Source: a virus (taxonomy: Duplodnaviria > Caudoviricetes). Taken from it: a stretch of 44,860 nt of DNA. This document shows positions 1-10,497 of this stretch, one piece after another (the first letter of the stretch is position 1; each line of letters begins with the position of its first letter). Under the pieces are notes generated by a model that saw only the letters and a list, made by a program, of their open reading frames with translations, searched no databases and was not told the DNA's origin. Where the stretch lies: positions 1-44,860 of IMG/VR virus record IMGVR_UViG_3300044210_000052. One strand, 5' to 3'. The position numbers and the translations under genes were made by a program.

Positions 1-1492
1 GGCAAAATACCTTCAGGAGTTTACTCCAGATCCCATGAATTCTGTACTCCGGATCAGAGGCCATTCGAACCAATTCCCAGTCATGTGTAGATTGTCTAGT
101 TGGCCGAGAAAAACTGATACAAGCTACCAGATGGTCTTTTAAGAAAGCCCCATAGGAAACTTTAGGATGGCATGATCCTATATAATGAAATTTATCGTAG
201 AAGACATCAGCTTCCCCAGAAGAAATGGGCATAATCTGACAGCAAGCAGGTCGTAAGGTCGACACCTTATGGTAGGCCGTCCGATGATGCAGTATGTCTT
301 CCATTTTAGACTGACTGCACACCCATTCATCCTCATAGATCATAACAAATAAGAATCCGTTGCGAATGGCATTTAAATATTTGCGAATGTCTCGCTGTTT
401 AGCACCATTCATTGAATGCCATCGAAGCCCATTGAACTCAATCAGTAGCTGTCGAGACGGAACATATATGTCATATTCCAGCCTGTTGAGTCTGTACCCA
501 ACTGTCACATCAAGTCCACTATCAATCAGAAACTGAGCAATAGATCGGTGTCCCGCAGAAATTCTATATGATACGCATCCACATGTCAGCGATACGCCAG
601 ACTTTATTCCACACATTCTTGGCCGATATTCTTTGCCACAAATAGGACACATCGCCCTAACCGGATCTTGCATTCTACATGCAGTCTCCAATAACCTGAC
701 CCCACCCAGTGGAATAGCATCTGGCAACACCGGGCAGCTTAACGCTCGCAAAGTATCCTTATTTGTGAGATACCAGTCCAACACACGACCCCAGCATTTT
801 CCACATGATGTAGTGGCACCAGATACTACGCTGAATATAGCCGCATGTATATTATCCCCGCAGTCACACATCCATTTAACTTTTTTGGCAGACCCAGGCT
901 TTACCTCTTGTGGCTCTGCCATTCTCAACCTACCAAATTTCTGCAATGCCATCTCCGAGGCAGATAACACATTGCACCTGCCGCAGGAGGTTGTGCCTCC
1001 GTGTATTACTGAAGACACAGCTACATTTGTTTCACGGCCACAGTCGCATAGCCAGATTACCTTCTTCATTGATCCCGGATGCACGTCAACTGAATCTTTC
1101 AGACGCAGTTTTCCGAACTTCCGCAACGCCATTTCCGAAGCAGGAATTACATTGCATTTACCACAAGAAGTAATACTACCTGAGAAGATATTGTAAACAA
1201 ATGCCGTGATTTCACAACCACAATCACACATCCACACAAGCCTCTTCGCCGACCCAGGAGTGACACTTTGTGATGTTTTCAGCCGCAGTTTTCCAAATTT
1301 CCGCAACATCATTTCTGAAGCAGAAATCGTGTTGCATTTACCACACGACTTGATCCTGCCTTGTCGTACGTGCCCCACTCGGGTTGTCGTTTCTCTACCG
1401 CAATCACACACCCACACGGCCTTCTTGGATGATGCAGGATGACCGGAGTCCCTCAACCTCAGCTTACCATGCCGCTCGTCAGGCATCGACAT
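1..1492 (-). CDS. Zn-ribbon-repeat / Vsr-DUF559-like endonuclease / Mom-GNAT-like protein, copy 1 (3' end runs off the window)
   Basis: Absent from the ORF track because no stop lies in the window. Manual translation from ATG 1492 gives MSMPDERHGKLRLRDSGHPASSKKAVWVCDCG..., four CDCG...SCGxC repeats and the SLTCGC cap. The same frame at the left edge reads WELVRMASDPEYRIHGIWSKLLK, matching copies 2-4. I checked the frame at several points, not codon by codon. Confidence 0.85.
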   Translation of the reverse strand, partial: MSMPDERHGKLRLRDSGHPASSKKAVWVCDCGRETTTRVGHVRQGRIKSCGKCNTISASEMMLRKFGKLRLKTSQSVTPGSAKRLVWMCDCGCEITAFVYNIFSGSITSCGKCNVIPASEMALRKFGKLRLKDSVDVHPGSMKKVIWLCDCGRETNVAVSSVIHGGTTSCGRCNVLSASEMALQKFGRLRMAEPQEVKPGSAKKVKWMCDCGDNIHAAIFSVVSGATTSCGKCWGRVLDWYLTNKDTLRALSCPVLPDAIPLGGVRLLETACRMQDPVRAMCPICGKEYRPRMCGIKSGVSLTCGCVSYRISAGHRSIAQFLIDSGLDVTVGYRLNRLEYDIYVPSRQLLIEFNGLRWHSMNGAKQRDIRKYLNAIRNGFLFVMIYEDEWVCSQSKMEDILHHRTAYHKVSTLRPACCQIMPISSGEADVFYDKFHYIGSCHPKVSYGAFLKDHLVACISFSRPTRQSTHDWELVRMASDPEYRIHGIWSKLLKVFC

Positions 1493-1574
1493 CTAGGTAC
1501 CAAGCATTGGTTGGGACTTTTCCCATACCTGCACAGTCTGATCCATAGAGCTACTCTACATCCAGAGTATGAAT

Positions 1575-2330
1575 CTAGACTCCAGGGACCTTGCCAGTGG
1601 ATCCTCCACGCAGCGCTTGGCCTCCAGCATTATCATAGTCTGGTGCATATGTTGGATCAAATATACGTCCAATGCCGAAGCCAAAAATGTCAGTTGGATC
1701 ATCCACGACATTCTGCGCTCCTGTACGAAACATATAAGCCTGGACCTTGCGAATCTGATCATCAACCGTGGTACCACCAGTTATATCAAGCAATGCATCA
1801 ATAGCGTCGGCCTCCCGCTGCAATTGATCAGATAGGTCGAGAGCACGCTTGATTTTGAACTCCAGACGTTCACGCTTGCGCTTAATAGCCTCAAGCTGCC
1901 AGCTCTTAAGACGATCTACCTGAATACCTAAATCACGATCAAAGCGCTGGGTTCCACGATAGCGGCGTCCATTGGTAAATGTATCAGAGTAACCACTCGT
2001 AGGATCTGTACCAGCGTTGGATGATATATTTGTACCTCGTGTGAGGTATACAGGTTGATCCGAGGTTCGCAATAGCATGTCTTTCTCTGGTGTACCGCCA
2101 AGCGCCTTATACGCAATAAGCAGCTTCGCCGCATAACTACCTGCAGTCGCCTCAAACCGCACTGGTAATGATGTTGCCAAATCGTATTCCGTCGCAAACA
2201 AGCCATTACGTTCCATCGCAGCTTGTAACCATTTGCGCCGTTCCTTAAGATCACGTTCCTGGACCTTAGCAAATATGCGCAATTGCTCAAATTGAGCTGT
2301 CGTGAAAGTCCCGTAGAACGAGAAGGCCAT
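1575..2330 (-). CDS. Hypothetical phage protein, helical/coiled-coil, probably virion-associated
   Basis: 251-aa ORF co-oriented with the tail genes; charged helical segment RLKSWQLEAIKRKRERLEFKIKRALDL. No recognised family. Confidence 0.7.
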   Translation of the reverse strand: MAFSFYGTFTTAQFEQLRIFAKVQERDLKERRKWLQAAMERNGLFATEYDLATSLPVRFEATAGSYAAKLLIAYKALGGTPEKDMLLRTSDQPVYLTRGTNISSNAGTDPTSGYSDTFTNGRRYRGTQRFDRDLGIQVDRLKSWQLEAIKRKRERLEFKIKRALDLSDQLQREADAIDALLDITGGTTVDDQIRKVQAYMFRTGAQNVVDDPTDIFGFGIGRIFDPTYAPDYDNAGGQALRGGSTGKVPGV

Positions 2331-2517
2331 GACTTACACTACGGCCGCAATAAGAGCTCACGCGGCCCAGGCGCACCCGCCAATGCCAATACACAGCGTG
2401 AGGAACGCCCGAGGCCCCAGATCCCCGAATGGCGACATCGGGTCAAACAGCACGCCGTTGATAGAGCGCGCCTCCCAGTCCCCCGCCGGCCCAGGCGAGC
2501 CACCTTTCGTGATGACA

Positions 2518-4791
2518 CTAGACCGGCATTGTGAGGATAAACTTGATTGCTCGGAAGGCTGCCACGGCACCCTCTCCCGGACCTCCAAAAGTACATACCA
2601 AGCCCGAATGGAGCCCATAAGGAGACTCTGCTGGTTTATTCTCAGACTGCATCAGTGCCGTCACCAAACTATCCGCTGATCCATTTGTTGATGATACAGC
2701 AAGAACTGACACTCGCAAGTCCACATTGAGAAGATCAATAAGTGCCAGAATAGATTGAATAATCTGTTCAAGCTGTTGAATCTTAGAAATCAATGTAAGG
2801 ATGATGTCCTCGATTGCTTGGACTGCAGTTTCTAAAGCTTTCAACAATGCGGTAAGCCATTGTTGAAAATCAAATATGAATGGTACGAATGCTGGAAATA
2901 GATCCCCTATCGTAACTGAGTACCACGCGAGATAAGTCGTACCTCCGCTGAGACCAGTCAGCCCAAGCCTTAAGAACGCTGCTAAGTTCGAACGCTCTTC
3001 TACTGAAACCTCATCACCAGATGCTGTACGCACGATCTGCGCTGCCTCATCCGCTGTCAAAGCTGACCATGGTAGTGTCGGATAAGGCCCCGATAGTTTG
3101 GACATACCGTTAACGTATGACCCCTCAAGCGCTAGATAGGTATTGACAATCGTCTCGGACCCGGATGTGAATCCACCTACCACTGCCGGAAATTTCCAGG
3201 TATACTGAGCATTCAGTACCTTTTGCACCGTTTCCTGGACTCCTCCGTTCCACTTTTCAGAAATGAGATCCATTATACGTGGCTGCGATAGTAGATTTGT
3301 AAGACTCTGATTCGCTATGCGACGACAGGTTGTCTTAAACACAAGACTATCCCGGACCTTATTCGAGGTCCCGAGAGAAGCCTTCACAATTGCAACTTGT
3401 CCTGCGGCTGCTGCGAGTGTCCCCCACCCAGTTCGCTGCTTCACTCGTGTTAAAGTTGTACTCTGATCCGCTGCATTCGTAGGCTGACCTGTCACAGCGT
3501 TGCCGGCTACATTAGTACGTCCGGCGGGTGGAAACTCAAAGTTCAAAAGTAAGCCGACTTGAACAGCCTCATATAAAGCATTGTATGGATTAAATCCAAG
3601 CGGCCCAGAAAGATTTCGCGGAACGAAACCACGCACCGTCGAACTTGGCGGGCCCATTGTCACGCCTTGCCCATAGCGAATGAAAGGCTGGTTTCCTTCG
3701 TACTTGATAAGTGACTTGTGATCCTTCACCGACGCAGCATCCGTACAGGCAAGATATGCAGTCGGAGTCCCAAAATAGGCCCTTACACGATACCAATAAG
3801 GTTTCCCAGATTCGAGCTCTGAATCCTCATCAATATATCGATAAGTCCCGGTAAACGCACCCTCTAGCAGCTGAGATCCTGATACCGAGATCTTTTTCGG
3901 GAAGTTTCGGTATGCATCACCGTTTTCCTCCCTCAATGACACAGTTGTCAATGGCTTAGCAAGGCCATATTTTTGAACAACCGGTGATACCGTTTTTCCC
4001 ATCGTCGTCGAGTTCACCTCAATGTCAACAAGTTCGCCCACAGGCGACTCACATCGTTCCACGACGAAATTTGGAAACCGGAACGAGTTATAAAAGCTCA
4101 CCAAAGAATTCATGAACCCTGGTAATGGCGAGCCTGCCGGTGTCATTGGCATCTGCCATTCGAGCACCAACGCCTTCTGTAAATCTGAATCAAACAACCC
4201 TCTGAAATTTGCCACCGGATCGCCGCTTTTGCGCACCGGATTTACTTTCAAATTCATAGGTGCTGGCAATCCACTGAGCACTACTGGTGTCCTTAAAAGC
4301 TGCATCAGTGCAAAGAGCTGAGTGATTAGATCGCCTGGCGTTTCAGTCCCAATATAAAACACCAACATTGCAACCGACGATCCCGGTCCATACTGTGGAC
4401 GGAATGCATCGCCCGTGTCGTGGAACTTCGACACAACCTTAGCCTCAAACGATGGGTACGAACCACTCACAGATTGCAGGACTGCGGCAAAATCCTGCCG
4501 TCCAAAGTCCGGGTGCACGAGCAACACCGCGAAGCCAGTCGACTTTATTTGATTAATGATGGCACGAACTGCCGCCAGTAATAATGCAATCAGTGCCTTG
4601 AGCGGATTACCAAAGTCAATAAGAAAAACCTTGATCAGATCAAGCAACGCCTCGAGAATCGCTTCTACTGTCTCCAACAAAGTCAGTACAGACTCGAGCG
4701 GCCCTTTCAACGGGTCAAACGGTGAGAAGCGAAGACTAACGGTAGACCAATTCATATCAGTCTCACTTCCTAACCAGATCGCGGGCTCCAA
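2518..4791 (-). CDS. Putative virion/baseplate-associated protein with FN3-like segment and terminal amphipathic helices
   Basis: 757-aa ORF (alternative ATG at 4755). FN3-like motif YRYIDEDSELESGKPYWYRVRAY; Leu/Ile-rich helices at both ends (LLETVEAILEALLDLIK; LKALETAVQAIEDIILTLISKIQQLEQIIQ). Confidence 0.7.
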   Translation of the reverse strand: MEPAIWLGSETDMNWSTVSLRFSPFDPLKGPLESVLTLLETVEAILEALLDLIKVFLIDFGNPLKALIALLLAAVRAIINQIKSTGFAVLLVHPDFGRQDFAAVLQSVSGSYPSFEAKVVSKFHDTGDAFRPQYGPGSSVAMLVFYIGTETPGDLITQLFALMQLLRTPVVLSGLPAPMNLKVNPVRKSGDPVANFRGLFDSDLQKALVLEWQMPMTPAGSPLPGFMNSLVSFYNSFRFPNFVVERCESPVGELVDIEVNSTTMGKTVSPVVQKYGLAKPLTTVSLREENGDAYRNFPKKISVSGSQLLEGAFTGTYRYIDEDSELESGKPYWYRVRAYFGTPTAYLACTDAASVKDHKSLIKYEGNQPFIRYGQGVTMGPPSSTVRGFVPRNLSGPLGFNPYNALYEAVQVGLLLNFEFPPAGRTNVAGNAVTGQPTNAADQSTTLTRVKQRTGWGTLAAAAGQVAIVKASLGTSNKVRDSLVFKTTCRRIANQSLTNLLSQPRIMDLISEKWNGGVQETVQKVLNAQYTWKFPAVVGGFTSGSETIVNTYLALEGSYVNGMSKLSGPYPTLPWSALTADEAAQIVRTASGDEVSVEERSNLAAFLRLGLTGLSGGTTYLAWYSVTIGDLFPAFVPFIFDFQQWLTALLKALETAVQAIEDIILTLISKIQQLEQIIQSILALIDLLNVDLRVSVLAVSSTNGSADSLVTALMQSENKPAESPYGLHSGLVCTFGGPGEGAVAAFRAIKFILTMPV

Positions 4792-4954
4792 TCATACGAG
4801 CCAGTTCCTGCTTGTAACGATCCACCCCCTGTTGTAACGCGTCTACCAGCGTTTGCAAATGCCCATTTATGCGTTTGAAGGATAGATCTTGATCATGAGC
4901 CCAGGTTGCACAGGGTTCTTCCGTCGTCTCCGTGCCAATAGCATGATCCTTCAT
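4763..4954 (-). CDS. Small coiled-coil hypothetical protein
   Basis: 63-aa ORF whose ATG overlaps the TGA of the upstream 1848-aa gene (ATGA coupling); helical LQTLVDALQQGVDRYKQELARM. Confidence 0.6.
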   Translation of the reverse strand: MKDHAIGTETTEEPCATWAHDQDLSFKRINGHLQTLVDALQQGVDRYKQELARMIGARDLVRK

Positions 4955-7900
4955 ACCATTCCCTCAAGCAAAAGAGCTTTCTTTTGATTCGCCACAAGCT
5001 TCACTGCGTCGTCCGCTCGCTTCGACGCAGCCTGATTGATCTTAGTCAGGAACCCATCCTTTTTATCAATGCGCTGCTGAATAAGTAAATAGCGCATATC
5101 ATACATAGAATCACTATTAACTAAAATATCTGCTACAGCTATAGTTGCATCTGATAAATATGTCTGGCGACCAGTAATAGCTGCAACACGATTAGCAACT
5201 CCAGCATAGATGATTGCTGCAAACCATGCAGATGCATTGGCAGCAGCTGTGAGCGATTCCCGCACAAATTTTGCCAAGAATTGCACTTGTTTCGGGGTCC
5301 AGAAAGACCATGGATTAATAACTGAGTATGTCACTGAGTCAGAGGATGGGAATGGAGCGAATGGATCAGATGACTCAACCGTTAACATACCCGAAATCGC
5401 CGAAGCCACCTTATATACGCCAAGATTTGCTCCAGACGGTATAACTACACAGCACGAAGTCGTGACACCCGCAAATGTCTGGGAAGAATCCATAAGCACA
5501 GCTCCAGACACCGATCCAGTACTATTTATCACGGACGACCCGAGATTAGCAGCAATCGCCATTGCCGATATGATCTCTGCGTTCAATCCGCCTATAAAGC
5601 CGCCTGATGGTGAATTTGTTGTATCATATCGGATGAGATTCACCTCATTCGATATGATATCCCTCAGATCACCTACGTGTACGGGCACGTACATATTGGC
5701 CTCAATGGGATCAAACCATATTGATGGGGAGAAATCGAAGGCATGTGTACCCGCAACAGCTGTCACTATGATAGAACTGCCAGTATTCGTGCCTGTGGTG
5801 ATATGTACCGAAGTGCCAACATTAAACGAGAAGCTGACACCCGTCATTTGGCTAGAAATGCCCAATGTTGTACCAGATCCATTCTGAGGCGGTGTTACAC
5901 CCCAGGCATCTATATGGATGTCCTCCGGACTCGAGTCAAATGTCACATCAGAATTTAGGACAAATCCACCGCTAAAAGTGGATGCAATTGTCCGTACTTG
6001 TCCAGCGTTGGTTCCGGTAAGAAAATGCACCGTCATTCCGACCATTATTGTCAGCCCAACCGAACTTCTAATATATGGTGTATATAGATTTATCACTGTG
6101 GTACCAACACCCACGAATGATAACCCATACAATTCACGCTGACACAAATCAAGTTCATTTCGATAAGTCAGCGGTGGATTACTCACTGATCCAGAATCTG
6201 TCAATTCAGATCCATCAAGAGCTGGAATGCGTCGCGGAGCTGTATCCTTATTAGTATAAAACACATCAGCGTCAACAAGTTCATTACCCACAAGCGCTGG
6301 TGAAGGTGGATCATCCGGATCTTGTGCATTCAAGACTTCTCCACTATCGTTATTCACAGAGACATGGCGACCAAATCTATAGAACCGCACTCCAGCATAT
6401 GAGGTGGATGACACATCTGCAGCAACGCCACCAAAATAATCCGGTGCAGGTGCACTAAGATAAAGCAACATGAACACCGGCGGTGGGATAAGAGAAGGTA
6501 AAGATGGTAGCATTGTAGCTAGAGTGGCCGGACCAACCCAGTCAGGTGGAACGACGGCTAAAGAAGTTATCGTTGCCGATGTTGGCGCCGAACCATCAGG
6601 TGGGTAAAGCAATACTTGTTGGGCAGAATAGAATGGTGGTACAAGATAGTCTGAACTGCCATTGATACTCGCCACAAGCACAACTGTTCGAGCTGCATTA
6701 GCCGCTACATACTTGGCACGTGATGGTGTTGTCGAGAATGTAGTTCCCACTGATGTAAGATTGCTCACAGCAAAACTACCGAGCACCGTGCCGTAACCGT
6801 CTGGATCACCGAATGCTACTGTAGCCTTTGGCTGCATTATTGGGAACAATCGTGAATACCTATTGTAGTCCCACATTGCACCATAGACAGGAGCACGCGT
6901 AAAGCTTACGAACCCAGTCAGTACTAGTTTATCAAATAATCTGATTTGATCGTCGATATCATTCCGTACTTCAGTATACGACGCCCTCTGATTTCCACTT
7001 GTATTACCATCAAATCGGAATCTACCTGATGTACCACCAACCACGCGTCCATCAACACACGCGAGTATGTCTTCATATCGATCAATCTGATCGTTAAAGT
7101 ATTTGAGCAAACGTACCATGACTAGATCAACATTGCGCCAATGCTGCTCATCAAACCATAGACTCGGATTACCATAATCTTTGGATACCATGCTAGATAC
7201 GTTTGCTGTGGCAGGACCCGATGTGGTTCCAGAACCCTTTCCAATCTCCTCCATAACTTCAGGAATGAAAGTAAGCACAGGCTCGGCGCGGAAATAGAAA
7301 GTATCCGGATTATATAAGTTATAACTCGAGATTAATTTTTGTCCAATAAGGCCGTTCGCAAGATTTGGTGCTATAATTGTTGCATAATTGAATGTAAACA
7401 CAGTCCCAGCAGGCTGATTCATCCTTGCCACATAGCATGCATATAAAGTATCACCATATATAAGGCCTGCAGAGAGCCTGATCAGACCGCCATCTGCCAT
7501 TGTGAAATCAACGCCCTGCACAAGGAGCACTGGCGTACCTGATATTGGTATCTTAAATAACAACGGAGCATAGCCAACATGCGCAGGCTGCGCTGTCTGC
7601 ACATCCTGAGTCGATTGAAGCACAGGACGCACCGATCTGCGCACAACAGGTACTATATAATTACGAACTGCACTAGACGCCAGCGTAATTTTAGTAACTC
7701 CACCACTCTGAGTTGAGTTTACAACCAAATAAGGATCATCATCTAGAAATACAATAGTACCTTCTGGATAGGATGTTGCCCCAAACAGCGTGAGCGTTGT
7801 AGACCCCTTAGGCAGTATATCAGGCGTCAGAGATTCATTCACAGCATAAGTCTTGTCAACACTCTGTGCTGTCTTAAATACAGAATTCACATCTGTTCCG

Positions 7901-10497
7901 ATATATGGAGTCGGAGAAAATGTGACTGTTGTCGTGTCTGTCACAGAGTCATACACAGAACCAGCTACAAGTGCTACCGAAACATTATCTATCAGGATTG
8001 GGCAGCCACTGATGAGGAATGACTGATCACCATTGAATACTGTAGAGACCGAACCCGCCGTGATAGTAGGCAAGTCTAAATCAATTGGAGTATATAACAC
8101 ACTGAAATTTGTATTACCGCCAGGACTCTCTGCTACCCAATAGTCTAGTACCACTTGTTCCGTAGTGATGGCAGCATTTAAAGTAATCGTGCTAGGAGCT
8201 GTGAAAGTGTACCCTGATGGATCCACTGTCACGCCGTTCACGTAGAGTGAGATGCCACGTTCTATCAATACGGTTTTACTACCAGGGTTGAAAGCAACCA
8301 TAGCTGTCCCCGGTACATATGAAGCTACTTCCTGCCGAATTTTAAAACCTGCAAACTCGGTTCTGGTTGTTGGAACTACAGTTACACCATCTGTTGAGTC
8401 TAAGGATGTATACTCAATCCGGATTTGCTCTCCAGGTTTAACCGGATCCGTGAGATTCACCTGACCATTAGATGCCAACACGGAAAATTTATCCTGCCCT
8501 ACAGCAGTAAATGATCCAGTGCCGCCATCACGATAAAGAACAACCTTGCGAATCGGGGGTTTAAATGATCGCCACACTCGATCCGCAATTATCTCCACAA
8601 CACCCCTTACATCCACCGTTGTAGCACCTGCTACAATAAACTTCTCAGCAACAAGCAACCGCTCTGTGGTAGTTCCGGTGGTTAACACTGTGTATACGCC
8701 TGCATTGGGGCCTGAGGCAACCAACAGCTGCTTACCACCCTGTGACACTGAAAACGTACCAGTAGGCACCACAAAGGCCGAAGGAAGTTCTACGACACCA
8801 GACACACCCAGCACATTCCGCGGATCATTCTGCCCGATAGGCATCGTAAATTCAGCCATACCGGTATCAGCGTTAAACGTAAAATCCGTACCTGCCATAA
8901 TGGCGGTACCATTTTTCATTGCTTGGAATCCGAATGAACTGATAGCCGCATCTGGAAGTTTTACTGCTGAGGCCGGAGTTGGTAATACTATCGTCACAGC
9001 CTTGCGCGTTGTCATTTTAACAAAACGCTGATCTAGGTCAAGCAAGTATCCGTTACCTAGCTTCGTAGGATTTGCCCCATCCACAAGACCACCAACGAAT
9101 GATCCTCCGCCAGTTCCAACCTCCACACGATAGATTAGCGAAGAATCAACCAACGGTGTTGTGGGCAATACAGAAAAAGGGGACCCAATAAGTCCATCCA
9201 CCACTGTTTGGTTTGAGACCGTCCATATTTCCTTAAAGTCTGGAGCTGGTGATCCGGTTCCATTTGCGGCGCTTCGAAAAAACTGTAATGCCACCCCATG
9301 CTCAAACACATGCACTGTATCCAAAGCATATATTGTTGCACCACGATATATGGATGGATCTGAGTTCGGAATATAAAAATATCCAGTATCTGTATTTATG
9401 TAAACATGCCCATTTGGTGGACGCGTAGGCGAGACGCCGCTACCAAGCACAATATCATAATAGTATTTAGTTCCAGCAAGCTCTGAATACACAACATATC
9501 GAGTAGCGTCAGACAGACCAACAAAAATCTGCGCAGTCCCCGCCGCGACTGGCCATACAGCATCTGTAACGCCCACGGCATATCGATTCAAAGTAAAAGT
9601 TCCAAGCTCTACCCCATCGTAATAAATCAATTCTCCAGGGTAAGCTTTTATGTCTGAGACAGAGAACTTCAACCGCCCCGTGTCAGCAGAGTATTGGACT
9701 GTACCTTCTACCACAGAACCAAGTTCGGCCTCAGTCGAAACCTGTAAAGCAGTTAGATACGCTCTGTATCCTATGCGTATTCGTGGAACTTGTCCAATTC
9801 CCGGTATCGGATTCAAAAACAGAGCATATGAATCAGATGGGATTGATGGTAACATCCCCACTCTGCCTTTGACTTTCTGACGATCGAAAAATGCCTGCTG
9901 GGCGGCATATACAGTCTGACCTGCTAGAGAACTGGTCAGATCTGCTGTACCCCAGTTAAGCTCACCTTTATCCGCTGAAATTTCGACCGTTCCCGCGGGC
10001 GGATCTCCAAAGGATGTCGAAGTCGCGACTATGGAGACGATGAACGTCCGAATCCTGGTGGGAGATCCCATATAAATGGAGAACGGCGCTTCAGATGCCG
10101 ATATAGAAGAATCCGGTGGTGGCACCACCACGCGTGGACTATTACTAAGCACGCCAACCGAAGACTGGCCAGTCCCGGGCTTAGTTGACCATCGGCGCGA
10201 AAAGCCATCCCAGTCAAACCTAGTTAATTTACCATTGTTCCTAGTCCAGTGAAACGTAAGCGCTGGGTCACTAATCTCAATACCATCAGCACCTGCTGTT
10301 TGCCCGCCAACCCACACCATATATTCGAGCTGTGAATTGATAGCATCAAGAGCACCTTGATCTATAACATAGGTACGCGGTAAATAGGTGAAAGGACTAT
10401 TTGCAGTAGCTACGCGGAATCCTTCAAGGAGGCAGCCGTCAGTATTCAGACCCATAGCAGACAATACCTTATCATAGAAGTTTACCCAGACCGACAC
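4951..10497 (-). CDS. Very large beta-rich virion structural protein (baseplate wedge/fibre-like)
   Basis: 1848-aa ORF (more likely start ATG 10455 after AAGGT). Rich in V/T/S/G, with recurring GxNxG motifs (SGPNAGVYTV, TGTNAGQVRTI, TGTNTGSSIIV, SGANLGVYKV) and a helical C-terminus; lies downstream of the spike gene. Confidence 0.7.
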   Translation of the reverse strand: MSVWVNFYDKVLSAMGLNTDGCLLEGFRVATANSPFTYLPRTYVIDQGALDAINSQLEYMVWVGGQTAGADGIEISDPALTFHWTRNNGKLTRFDWDGFSRRWSTKPGTGQSSVGVLSNSPRVVVPPPDSSISASEAPFSIYMGSPTRIRTFIVSIVATSTSFGDPPAGTVEISADKGELNWGTADLTSSLAGQTVYAAQQAFFDRQKVKGRVGMLPSIPSDSYALFLNPIPGIGQVPRIRIGYRAYLTALQVSTEAELGSVVEGTVQYSADTGRLKFSVSDIKAYPGELIYYDGVELGTFTLNRYAVGVTDAVWPVAAGTAQIFVGLSDATRYVVYSELAGTKYYYDIVLGSGVSPTRPPNGHVYINTDTGYFYIPNSDPSIYRGATIYALDTVHVFEHGVALQFFRSAANGTGSPAPDFKEIWTVSNQTVVDGLIGSPFSVLPTTPLVDSSLIYRVEVGTGGGSFVGGLVDGANPTKLGNGYLLDLDQRFVKMTTRKAVTIVLPTPASAVKLPDAAISSFGFQAMKNGTAIMAGTDFTFNADTGMAEFTMPIGQNDPRNVLGVSGVVELPSAFVVPTGTFSVSQGGKQLLVASGPNAGVYTVLTTGTTTERLLVAEKFIVAGATTVDVRGVVEIIADRVWRSFKPPIRKVVLYRDGGTGSFTAVGQDKFSVLASNGQVNLTDPVKPGEQIRIEYTSLDSTDGVTVVPTTRTEFAGFKIRQEVASYVPGTAMVAFNPGSKTVLIERGISLYVNGVTVDPSGYTFTAPSTITLNAAITTEQVVLDYWVAESPGGNTNFSVLYTPIDLDLPTITAGSVSTVFNGDQSFLISGCPILIDNVSVALVAGSVYDSVTDTTTVTFSPTPYIGTDVNSVFKTAQSVDKTYAVNESLTPDILPKGSTTLTLFGATSYPEGTIVFLDDDPYLVVNSTQSGGVTKITLASSAVRNYIVPVVRRSVRPVLQSTQDVQTAQPAHVGYAPLLFKIPISGTPVLLVQGVDFTMADGGLIRLSAGLIYGDTLYACYVARMNQPAGTVFTFNYATIIAPNLANGLIGQKLISSYNLYNPDTFYFRAEPVLTFIPEVMEEIGKGSGTTSGPATANVSSMVSKDYGNPSLWFDEQHWRNVDLVMVRLLKYFNDQIDRYEDILACVDGRVVGGTSGRFRFDGNTSGNQRASYTEVRNDIDDQIRLFDKLVLTGFVSFTRAPVYGAMWDYNRYSRLFPIMQPKATVAFGDPDGYGTVLGSFAVSNLTSVGTTFSTTPSRAKYVAANAARTVVLVASINGSSDYLVPPFYSAQQVLLYPPDGSAPTSATITSLAVVPPDWVGPATLATMLPSLPSLIPPPVFMLLYLSAPAPDYFGGVAADVSSTSYAGVRFYRFGRHVSVNNDSGEVLNAQDPDDPPSPALVGNELVDADVFYTNKDTAPRRIPALDGSELTDSGSVSNPPLTYRNELDLCQRELYGLSFVGVGTTVINLYTPYIRSSVGLTIMVGMTVHFLTGTNAGQVRTIASTFSGGFVLNSDVTFDSSPEDIHIDAWGVTPPQNGSGTTLGISSQMTGVSFSFNVGTSVHITTGTNTGSSIIVTAVAGTHAFDFSPSIWFDPIEANMYVPVHVGDLRDIISNEVNLIRYDTTNSPSGGFIGGLNAEIISAMAIAANLGSSVINSTGSVSGAVLMDSSQTFAGVTTSCCVVIPSGANLGVYKVASAISGMLTVESSDPFAPFPSSDSVTYSVINPWSFWTPKQVQFLAKFVRESLTAAANASAWFAAIIYAGVANRVAAITGRQTYLSDATIAVADILVNSDSMYDMRYLLIQQRIDKKDGFLTKINQAASKRADDAVKLVANQKKALLLEGMV

